Source: Felis catus
Lineage: Eukaryota
Reading direction: 5' to 3'
Length of the DNA stretch: 64,000 nucleotides
Assembly: GCF_018350175.1 (NCBI RefSeq)
Contig: NC_058368.1
Coordinates: 51,213,815-51,277,814, forward strand
A program made the translations under genes and the position numbers. Shown here in pieces: positions 12,901 to 24,900 of this stretch; positions within the stretch are counted from its first letter, which is position 1, and the number at the start of each line of letters is the position of its first letter. The notes beneath the pieces were generated by a model that saw only the letters and a program-made list of their open reading frames with translations, did no database searches and was not told the DNA's origin.

Positions 12901-15900
12901 ATGAACCATTCTGTTTTTTACCTGACATAAAATTATCCCTTATTGGGATATATAAACACTGTATCAGTAAACAAATTTACATATTGAATATTTATGGTAC
13001 CAATGCCTCTTGCAAATTTTTCCAACTAGCATCACCTGCCTGAGGCACTACCTTCCAAGGAAGGTGGTACAATGGTTGTCTAATTTTACACAGTCCCATG
13101 AGTAGGTAGGTGGGTACCTATTAAATTCTTCTGGATAATAACAGCTCCTCAGAAGTCTCTGTACACCTCTAAATGCCTAGCACTATGCTTGGTATACTCT
13201 GTCAGAAACAAGGACGTGTCTAACAAACTTCAGAATACAGCCCTCAAAAACAGTTTAAAACTTTCTGGGGCTTAAAGGATTAAAATTCAGTTTTACATGA
13301 CGCATTTCTTCATTACTAAAAAATAGTTAATTACTTAAAAAGTGCTTACGAGTGAATAGAGATGAAGAGTAAGGCAGGGAAAAGTTAGAAAAAGGGAAAA
13401 AAAACAGATAAAGAAAAACAAAGTAAGCCAGGAGAGAGGGGAGTGCAGGGTGAAGAAGTGCACGCGTGGAGAAGTGGTGTGGTCAGAGTAAGCTTCACAC
13501 ATCACCCTCACTAGCAGCAGAGTGTCAGGTGGCTTTTTCTTCCCTAGAGAAATACAATTTGTCTTCTTTTGCAGACTTGTGAAGATTATCGAGCTATTTC
13601 TGCCAGTGTTTACTTCTTCCTAATGCTGACACACTACCCTGGCTTCAAGGAAATCCCTAATCTCTTTTGGAAGTATATGGGACATGAAATTTGGTAGGTT
13701 AAAAATTACTACAGATGTCTCATCTGAAGAATGCAATCCTATTCCCCAGCTAAGAGATTCTTCCCCACCCTGCTCTGGGAATACACTTTTTACTTTTTTA
13801 GAAGTAAGGCCTATAAATCCAGTAAGTAGGCTCTACTTTAGAATAATTGGGCAGTACCAAAATGAGTAGGGAGGGCCTGGTCTTCAAAGGACTTTCAGCG
13901 TATCTGAGAATAATGTTGACACTAAATTTACTGTATAAGCTATAGTAAATACACCATCAGAAAGACCACACAAGGTCTTAGCCTTTTCTAACCAGTTTAT
14001 CCTTAGCTTCCTAAATAATAACAAAAACAAGCGATAGAGAACACATAACAGTCAATGTGAATGTTTTATAACCACTATACTTAGTTCATAATTCAAAAAA
14101 GCCTTTCACACTTTTTTAATAAATAGAATATTTGGTCAAAAAAATTGGATTAAGCTGACTTATTGATTTAAGTTTAATCAAACCTATTATGGAAAAAGAA
14201 CATGCAACAATAAAATGAAAAAAACCTCGTACCCTAGTTGTTGCAATACATCTCACTGGAGATCTAAATTCTTCCTCCATCTTGGTCAAGGCAATGATGG
14301 TTTCTGCGATGGCATTTTTTGTCACTCGGGACCATGCTTCAGACAGATGACCCTATTGAGCAGGAGAGAATAGTTTAATAAGCAACCAGAAATGTATACT
14401 CATACTAGTAAATTCTCTTCTCTTAAATAACAGCTCTCAAGAAAAAGGAAAGATTTATTTGTTAATGCAACTTTAGATCAAGGGCCATACTTTCGAAATA
14501 AAAATCCATCACAACTCTATGAAAAACTCAACTTCTAATCACTATTTTAATGAGTGAAAAGCCAATAAGAAATTAGGTCTCAATACTCTTTCCCCCTTGG
14601 AGCTCAAAGGTATTTCCTCTTACATTTAGGTAAAAACATAACAGAGGTACTAAGGTATCTACGGTTGAGAAATTTCGATTATGAAGCCTTGTTATTTAAC
14701 ACAAAATTCATATTGCTAAGCTAAGTGCTTTCAGATGAATATTACTATAACCCGAGAGCATAAATGTGTTTAAATTATAACTACTTTATTTGCTAACTTG
14801 ATTTTTGCTGAATATAAACACTTACTATAGAATTTAGGTGTTCCTAAATAATTTTCATAAATATTTTTATCCAGTCAACAGCCTGAGAAAGACTAGTTGA
14901 AAAAATGAGAAAGCTCTCCATTTCTCCGATTGAGGAAATGTCCTTGCCGTTGGGAAAAATGACAGAACTTCGTATTTCCCCAGAATATCCTTTCTAGCCT
15001 CCCATCCACTTGCTATTAATTTCTTTAAATTTTTTTTTTTTTGATCTTTATTTATTTTTGAGAGAGAGACAGAGTGTGAGCAGGGGAGGAGCAGAGAGAG
15101 ACGGAGACACAGAATCTGAAGCAGGCTCCAGGACCCAAGCTGTCAGCACAGAGCCCGATGTGGGGCTCGAACTCACGAACCGTGAGATCATGACCTGAGC
15201 CAAAGTCGGACGCTCAACTGACTGAACCACCCAGGTGCGCCCCGCACATGCTATCAATTTCTTAAAAGAGCAGTTCCATGGGCGCCTGGGTGGCTCAGTC
15301 GACTGAGCGTCCGATTCTTGATTTTGGCTCAGGTCACGATCCCAGGGTCATGGGGTCGAGTCCTGCATCTGGCTCTGCGCTGGGTGTGGAGCCTGCTTGA
15401 GAGTCTCTCTCCCTCATTCATTCATTCATTCATTCATTCATTCATTCATTCTCTCTCTCTCTCTCTCTCCCTTTCCCCTCTCCCCTCTCCCCTGCTGGGT
15501 GCTCTCTCTTTTTCTAAAAAACAAAACAAAACAAAACAAAGGGCATTTCCTTCTCCACCTCCTCCTCCAAAATGCCTTCTGTCTGGTCTGCCTCTCAGGA
15601 GCCCACACTCCACAGCACCTTGCCCCCCTCAGGCTGGAAATATAACGGAATGTGAGGAAACTAGCAATATGGAGCAAACAGTAAGAGCCATGTACTCTGG
15701 AGAAACAGTTTCCTTTCCTCCACACTCCCAGATCTCCCTGAAAAGCCAGCATCTAAAGACAGTAGTAGAGTATATTAATAAAGAAGAGTAAAAGTTTTGT
15801 AAACCAGGAGAGAACTAAAAAGAATGAGAAACTATTGCATCAGGGAGCCCTGTTTTTCTTTCAGGTTTTTGGATTCTGGCTGATTTGTAGAGCTCAAAAA

Positions 15901-18900
15901 GTATATTTTATTTTTTAAGTTTTAAAGTTTAGTTTCTTAAGTAAATTAATTGGGAAGCTTGAAATGAAGTTTACACAAAAAACAAATATATCACTGAACG
16001 AAAAGACAAATGGGTGTGTTAACCTACTAAACAGAGCCTTTAAGTAAAGCAAAATAACACTAATGTACTTCTGCTATTAATGTAGTAGAACAAGCTGCCT
16101 GTTTTAATCATATTTCTATTGCACTTCATTGACACAATGATCAGAAGGATGGGAACTCACTGCTGCCATATCCTTAATAAGTTTAATGATGATCTCTGAG
16201 ATCTGGGTAGGAGTTGAGCCCTTCATCCACCAATGGCTTTCACCTCTTCGAACATAACTACAAAGAAAAGTCAGCATTTGCAAAACATTCAGTGATAGTT
16301 ACAAATAAATACAAAGAAAACTGCTATTTCAGCATGTATCTTAATTTTTTAAATGATTCAAAGTATTTTAAAAAGAAATTAATCAAAACATTATTCATAA
16401 TCTTCTCTTCAACCCCGAGAGTAGCTATTCTGATACATGTTCCCTTCCAAATATTTGTTTATATATAATTTTTGTATCTTGCAACTTCTAGAACACTGCT
16501 GTTCAAAGTATATCCACAGATCACAAACTATTTGTTACCAATCCACAGAGATATTGAGGGCTTGCACCAGAATATGTCAACTGTATCAGTGGGTATCACA
16601 CTACTGTTTATTGCAGCTGACATTTTTTTTTTCTTTGCAAGACTATCTGGATGAAGAAAGCAGTACACTGATTTATATTCTAGTGTTATTTGCTTAATCT
16701 CATGGACTGATTCTTTGACTAGTACTGTTCCAGATGTCTAATTTTCTGCATTACACACACCTCTGCAATGAACTTCCTTGCACATATCTTTGTCCATAGG
16801 TATGAACATTTTTGAGGGAAACAGTTCTAGAAGTAGAATTGGTAGGTCAAAGGATAAGCATATTTTAAATACAGTGATATGTTATTAAACTGACATCCAA
16901 AAAGGCTGTAGCAATCTATATTAGATGTCATAATGCCTATTTCTTCATAATGCTGCCAAAACAAAGATATTTTCCTATTGTTTATCTCAAGACTAACTGT
17001 TCATTATATATTTTCCTATCAGTTGTTTGTCTTTTCTCATTGATTTGCAGTCATTTAAAAAATATTATGACTAATAATTCATTCTCTACTATATAGGTGT
17101 TAAATATTTTTTTCAGGTCAGTTTATATTTAAAAAAAATTTTAATATTACTGTCTATCAGTTCACTTTCATTCTTATGTAGCCAAATTTGTGAATCTTTT
17201 CCTCTGTGACTTTTTGGTTCCGAGTTTTAAGGTCTTTCTGGATTGAAGATTACAGAAATATTCTCCTATAATTTGTCCTAGTAGAGTGTTAAAAGAAAAA
17301 TACATAAAGTTTTAACTGATCTCAAATTTACTTTTGTATATGGTGTGAGATAGGGGCCTTCAATATCTTTTTTTTACACGAGAAGCATTCCAATATCATA
17401 TTCAGTACACCTTCCTTTCCCCACTAACTTGAAAGGACACTTGTATTATATATATAACTCTCTTTCATACATGGATTAGTTGTTTATGGTTTCTATTTGG
17501 TGAACAAGCAAACAAGTAGAATTCGAAATCTTGTCTTAATTCTCCAAATAGTAGCTCACTCTGCTCTATTTTAGTACTAAAACAGATGCAATGACCAACC
17601 TGGAATTGAAAATCATTGGAAGAGTAACTGTTGTAACACCTTTGCCCACAGTGGTACCAGCTGTTCCTGTGATGGTAGTTCCTTTGGCTTTTAGCTGAAC
17701 TGTGAGTGCTTTGGCAATACATCCTAGAAACATGTCCAAGATACCTAGTTTATTCCAATCTCCTTTCTCTGTTGAGTGAATGATATCACTGATATCTGCT
17801 GGAGGGAGGGATTTCACTCCTATGATGCTGGCCAGACGATTAGGAGTCACTTCAGGCAACACCCGTCTTAGTAGGGAGGTTACCTGATAAGAAAAATGAA
17901 AGGAAAGAATTCCTCTTAAAGACTGGTATTCTAAAGTTTTCATTTGTATAATGCGCCTTGCTGCCCTTCTATGACTTCAAAAGCTTTGAGAAGGACAGAA
18001 ATATAAGACTTAAACACTATTTTTAATTTCTCAAGTGGTAATTACCCCTCCAGGGAAGCAAGAAAAAGACAGGTCTTTTATTTGGTCAAGATTAAAGATG
18101 GGCACCTGGGTGGGTCAGTCAGTTAAGCGTCTGAATTCTGCTCAGGTCATGATCTCATGGTTTGTGAGTTTGAGCCCTGCATCAGGCTCTGTGCTGACAG
18201 CTCAGAGCCTGGAGCCTGTTTCAGATTCTGTGTCTTCCTCTCTCTCTCTCTCTCTCTCTGCCTACCCCCCCCCCCACCCCCCAACTGCCTCAAAAATAAA
18301 TATTAAAAAAAAATTTAAAAAAAGATTAAAGAAAAATCACACATCTCATGGTAATAAGACAATCAGTAGACAGAATACTCTTTATCATAATAGCACATTA
18401 GTAAAATGAAACATATTTTGCTCTTCCATACTCTCATGACAGTGAGTCAAAAATAAAAAGCATGGAGTTAAAATACAATCCAAAAAACCAAATAGCAAAA
18501 CAAAATAAAAATCCTAAGACCCTAAGGTGAATCTCTTTGCTAGTGTAATTTTTTAACAATGTTTTGAGGAACAAAGTAAGCCAGAAGGTAAGTGGTGTGA
18601 GTAGTCACCTGTCTCTGGACTCGAGGAGATGCTGTGTGGAGCAGAGAAAAGAGATCCTGGAGCAGAGTTAGCTGCTGAGCCAGATACTGCCGGCCCACGT
18701 TAGAGCCACTCAGTGCTAAGACCATAGAGAGCAGCTCAAAGCAGTAAGCATCGGAGGAGGCATCTTCATCATTGGGCTGAGAATTGGCATTTTCTTTGCT
18801 TGAAATGGCATGTTCCCACTCTTCACGAACTCTGGTGGCTTCCATGCGAATAGCCTGGACGATGTGAGCACACACCTATAAAGACAACATGAAGAAAATG

Positions 18901-21900
18901 TAAAAACATACTTATGTCAGATTTACTATTTCTAGTAAAAAAAAAAAAAAAGAGACAAGAATATTAGTTGATACTCAATTTAACACTCTTTCTCCCAGTT
19001 AATTCTCCATCATGCCATTCTCTTAGCTCATCTTAAAAACAATTAAGGAAAACTATCAGAACTATGATTAAAAATCTTAATATTTAAATCAACTCCTATG
19101 TAGAAACTATTTATATACAAGTTACCAATACCCATACCTGTGGTTTGAGACATCAAACAAAAGCAAATTACCATATTTTATCACTTCTAAGGCATATTTT
19201 CCTCCCATATTTTAACATTTTTATTCATAATGTGCTTTATAATTGATGGCATTCACAATGTAATTGGCAGCAAATTTTCGTTTTTTAGTGATACATGAAA
19301 TAACAGCACATTTATAACTGGTAGCATTTAAGATTCAATGAAACACTGTTAAAAAGATAAAGCACAGATAAATTTATTTATTTAAGCAAGATTTAATGAT
19401 GCTGAAAGTTAAAATAATGGGCTAATTTAAAACCGGTATTTTATTAGACTTTTGGAAGACTAGTTTTTGTTACCCAGGTACTACATTATATGAACAATCT
19501 AGTACTACTCCATCTCCTTATAATTAAAAATATTAGCAATGATTTAGTTAACACTATAATTGCTCAGAAAAAAAAAATCAACTGACAAACAAGAAAAGTG
19601 GGAAAAGGAACACAGAAAATACAAATGAAATCTGATATAGCTGGATATTTGACACCAAAATGAAACAATCTACCTGAAAATGAGAAATAACAAAGAGCAG
19701 CAAGGTAAGAAAGTTAACAATCATAAAATCTTTAAAGTGATGCAGGTATGCCAATATACTAAAGGCAGACACATTCTGCAGGACTATAAAAGAGTCAGCA
19801 TAAAAAAGTCTCTGTAAATTTTGGAAAATACTTTATACCCTAAAAAAAAATGAAAACTGAAATGACAATTTACTAACCTGTTTTTGTAAATTCGTCAGCT
19901 TACTCCTGCTGAATATGATTCCAACCATATGTTCTTTCAGGTCAGCGTCTGATGTTGCCTTTTACATAGAAAAAGAGGGGGGGGGAGCCCAGGTTCTTTG
20001 AATAAAATTTGTATATTTGACATCTTAAAGTATCTTGATAAATAACTATTAAGGTTATTTTATAAGATGAATATGTTTTTAAATTGAGGTCTATAACACT
20101 AAGACAAAGGATAAAATCTGAAGAAATCACTACTGGCTAAGGTGACTGTAAAAATAGCAAAATTTCTGAATTTAAGAAATTCAGAGAAGCATACTACCTT
20201 TTCATGAACTTCTTTAATTTATCATTTTGCGTCACTTTGATTAGATCTATTTCTAAACTGTGGATAATCCACATTCAGTTGTTAGAAGAACAATTCAGAA
20301 AATGACATTCAGTTAAAAAGAAAATATCCTAAAAAAACTCTATGATAATGGTGTTCTTAAATTAGGCTAGTCTACCACCACCAGTAATCAAAGAAACAAA
20401 GAAGAAAAATAAAGGCTGAAATTTTATACTGCTTATTACGTAAATGGAACTCTTCTAAGTTACAGATATACAGATGTATAGTTACCAGATATACATATAC
20501 TCTTATTTAATCTTCACAACAAGCCCATAAGGTAAAGTCTCATTTTCTATTTTACAGGTAAGAAAAGTAAGGCAAGCCACTCCTCTAAGAATAAAAATGA
20601 CTCTTAGTTTCATATTTCTTAGGACAGAGATAGCTATATGAGAATGTAACTCCCACCTTAACAATGAGAAAAAGCTGATAATCTACAAAACCATACATTT
20701 TTTTGGTGCCCATCAGACAGCTGAGATTGGCAACCAGGTAAACTAAAATCAAAATAGACAAATCCATATAGCTGGACACTTCAAAACTTTTCCTGTACTT
20801 AAAAGAACAAGTAAATGAGCAAACTAACAAAAATCAGTAAAGTTCTCAATAAAGCTTGAACAAAACTATCAACTAAGTTGAACTGCTATTAGAAGAAAAG
20901 CAGAGTTCATGTTCTTTTCAAGAGCATGTGGACATTCACTAAAATATATGAGTCAGTCAGAATTCAAATCTTCACAATTTTAAAAGGCCTGAAATTATAC
21001 AAAGTATATTCTCTGGCCACAATGAATTAAACTAGAAATTAGTAATAGAAAGTTACCCCCCAAGAAAAATCCCCAAATATTTATAATTAAACAAGAAATG
21101 TCTAAATTACCCAGAGGTCAAAGAAGAAATCAAAATGGAAATCAAAAAATATTTTGAACAGAGTGAAATGCTGAGAAAATATTATAAGCAACACACCAAA
21201 ATTTCTGACACTCAACTAGAGCAGGGCTAAGAAAATGGCACCATTACTTATATGAGAAAAGAAAGATCTCAAGTCTTTGAAACTAGAAAAAGAAAAAAAT
21301 CAAAAATAAAGCAAACAGATGGAAAGAAGTAATAGAAGAAGACAGCCCTATATCGATTAAAGAAAGCACACTGGTAGAATAATTCTTTTGCTACTTGAAA
21401 CACTAGCTAGATTATACATTAACAAATGAATTCCTTTTAGATAGTTACTTTATCTCCTTACTTTTAAATTTCTTTTGTAGTTTTTTTAAATAGCTTTGAG
21501 ATATAGTTAACATACTTTACTATTCACTTATTTAAAATGTACAATTCAATGGCTTAGAGTATATTCATAGATATGTACAAGCATCACCACAGTTAATTTT
21601 AGAGCATTTTCATCACCCCAAAAAGAAACACTGTACCTTTTAGTTATCACTCCCCTAGTTAATATCTTCCTTTTTATTAAAGAAAAATAAACTATGTGTA
21701 GGCTAACATTACATAACCACTAATATACATAGCAATATACCAATTATCTTTAATGAATACAAGAAAATGAAAAAAGAAAAATATATAAGAATATCCATTC
21801 TGATAAAAATTCTCAGAGCATTTACAAAAAATCTATAGTTAACATTATACTTAATGGTGAAAGACTGAATCCTTCCTCGTAAGATCCAGAAAAGGCAAAG

Positions 21901-24900
21901 ATGTCTGATTTCACCACTTTTATTCAACATAGTACTGAAAGGCTTAGCCATTGCACTAACATAAGAAAAGAAATTTAAGGCATATAGGCTGGAAAGGCAG
22001 AATAAAACCAACTTTCTTTGCAGACAACATGATTATCTATGAAGAGAATCCCAAAAATTCTACAAAAAGGCTTCTAGAACTAACAAGGGAATTTAAGATC
22101 ACAGAAGTTTAATACACAAAAGCCAACTGTATTTTTATATACTAGAAATGAACTGGAAAGTGAAATAAGAATACCATTTACAGTAGCATCAAAAACAATT
22201 ATTATTTAGGGATTATTATAATTATTTAGTGATCAATTTATTAAAAACATTTCTTTTAAAGTTTATTTTGAGAGAGACAGAGATAGTGTGAGTAGGGGAG
22301 GGGCAGACAGAGAAAAGGAGAGAGAGAATCCCAAGCAGGTTCCGTGCTGCCAGCACAGAGCCTAACTTGGGGCTTGAACTCATGAAACCATGAGCTCGTG
22401 ACTTGTGTTGAAACCAAGAGTCAGACGCTTAACTGATGAGCCATGCGTGTGCCCTTAGGGATCAATTGAATAAGAAGTGGCCAGGACCTGTACACTGAAC
22501 TTACAAAACACACTGCTGACAAAAATTAAAGAAGATCTAGATAAATGGAGAAATATATCATGTTCATCCCTGGATAGGAAGACTCAGTATTACTAAGATA
22601 TCCATTGTCCCCAACTGACCTAACAATTTGGTACAATTCCAATAACATTTCAGGTTGGTTTTTTGTTTTTGATTTTTCGGAAGGGGAAAAAACTACCAAG
22701 TTGGTTCTAAGCTTTATATGGAAATATAAAGGCACAAGAATAGTCGACATAACTAAAAACAGAACCGTGGTGGAATCTGATTTCATGATTTTCTGTAAGC
22801 TGCAGTAATCAAGACAGTCTGCTGTTGGTTTAAGAATATATATACAGATCAATAGAAAAGAGTAGAGACTACAAAAATAGACCTACATGTTTATGGTGAA
22901 TTTGTTATTGATAAAGGACAGTCTTTTCAACAAATGGTGGTGGTACAACTGGGTATCTACAGGCAAAAATAAATAAAACTCAACCCTTATCTCACACCTT
23001 ATGGAGAAAAATTAACTTAAAAGGTACATAGCTATAAACAAAAGAATTAAAACTCTAAGGTTTCTAGAAGAAAATCTTTGTGACATTAAGTTTTAGATAA
23101 GATACAAAGATCCTAAGTCATTAAGAAAAAAACAGGGGTGCCGGGATGGCTCAGTCGGTTAAGCGTCCAACTTTGGCTCAGGTCATGATCTCACAGTTCA
23201 GGTTCGAGCCCCGCATCAGGCTCTGTGCTGACAGCTGAGTCTGAGGCCTGCTTCGGATTCTGTGTCTCCCTCTCTCTCTGCCCCTACCCTGCTCGCACTC
23301 CATCTCAAAAAATAAACATTAAAAAAAAAAAAAGAAAAAAACAGATAAACTGTAGTTTATCAAAATTATAAGCTTCTGTTTCATGAAAGATAAACCACCA
23401 AGTAGGAGAAAATATTTGAAAACACACTGGCTAAAGAGCCTTTATCCTCAATATATAAAAAAATCTTACAACCCAGTAATACAAACAGCCCGATATAAAA
23501 AAATATAAGTAAAAGATTTGAACAGATGCTTCACTAATAAAGTATGGAGATGGCAAATAAGCACTTGAAAATTTACTCAACATTATTAATCCTCAGAGAA
23601 ATTCATATTAAAACCACAATGAGATACTACTTCATATTTGCTGCAATGGCTAAAATTAAAAAGAGTGACAATACCAAGTACTGTTGAGAATGTGGATCAA
23701 CTGGAAATCTCATACACTGCCAGTAAAAATGTAAAATGGTTCAATCACTTTGGAAAAAGTTGAGCAGTTTCTTATAAAGTTAAACATACACTTAACATAC
23801 AACCCATCAATCCTGCTTATAGGTATCTACCCAAGAGAAATAAAGTGTCCCCATACAAAAATCTGTACACAAATGTTCACAGCAGCTTAATTAATAATAG
23901 CCAAATAGAAGAAACAACCCAAATATCCATCATAAGGTCAAGGGATAAACAAAAACTGCTAATTCCATACAATGGAATTCTTCTCAGCAACCAAAAGAAA
24001 CAACTACTGACACATGCTCCTCCATGGATGAATCTCAGAATCATTATATCAAGTGAAAGAAAGCTGATGGAAAGGTTATATTCTATATGGTTCCGTTTAT
24101 ATGACATCTGGGAAAAGGCAACATTACACGGGCAGAAAACAGTTTAGTGGTTGCCAGGGTCTATGCATGAGGTGAGGGGACAGACTGTAAAGGACCAGGA
24201 GGGAAATTTTGAGTGATGTGTCTTAAAACTTCATTGTGATGATGATTTTACTGCTCTATATGTTGGTCAAAAGTCATTGAACAATACAGTTTAAAAGGAT
24301 CAGTGTTTTCTGTATGCAAATTTTACTTCAAACACCTGACTTAAAAAATGATTCTCTTAACAACTGTGCTATTTCATGGGCATCTTACCACTAGCATTAA
24401 CTTTCCCCATCAACCTTAGCATCCCAACATATACTCTCCTACTATTAGACCAGCCTCTTCAATGAGTCTGCTCCCATCGCCTCTGTCAATCTAACTTTCA
24501 CCCATTCCCTTTTAGGTCCAATTCACATCCAGCACCTACCAAGACCCTTCTCTGACCACTCCAGGGCACAATACTTTCAACATACTCTAAAAACCTATGA
24601 CATGTGCAATTTTTTTATGTACATAAAAAATTGATTATATGCTATATAGTATCCCTATTGATTTCTTTTTTTGGGGTGTGTGAACGTTTCATATCTAAGA
24701 ACAGACACAAACTTTCTGAGGGCTTGGTACCAATTACCACAATTATTTAGCACAAAATTGCCATTTTGTTAAAATTCAGCTGATTTAATGAATAGTCACA
24801 TAGTCGTGTAGTCATTCAAATGGTATCTCCAAAGGATGTTGAAAGAAACATCCAGAGTTTATAAAACCTTATTTTCTACAGAACCCAAACTGAATGATGT

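Larger units (their letters stand above)
20560..24345 (+). mobile_element. Old fragmented L1 (L1M-type ORF2 remnants and 3'UTR) with nested insertions
   Basis: L1 ORF2-like text (ttcaccacttttattcaacatagtactg; tttgcagacaacatgatt; aaaaccacaatgagatac; tggatgaatctcagaatcattat); A-rich plus strand; no intact ORF. Confidence 0.8.

Noticed and set aside
15318..15791. 157-aa plus-strand ORF
   Set aside because: Runs through a SINE and its microsatellites ([14 protein letters not shown]); low-complexity artefact.
21709..24147. ORFs of 100-108 aa in the 20-24 kb intron
   Set aside because: Fragments of decayed L1 with many stops and frameshifts; no intact reverse transcriptase or endonuclease.
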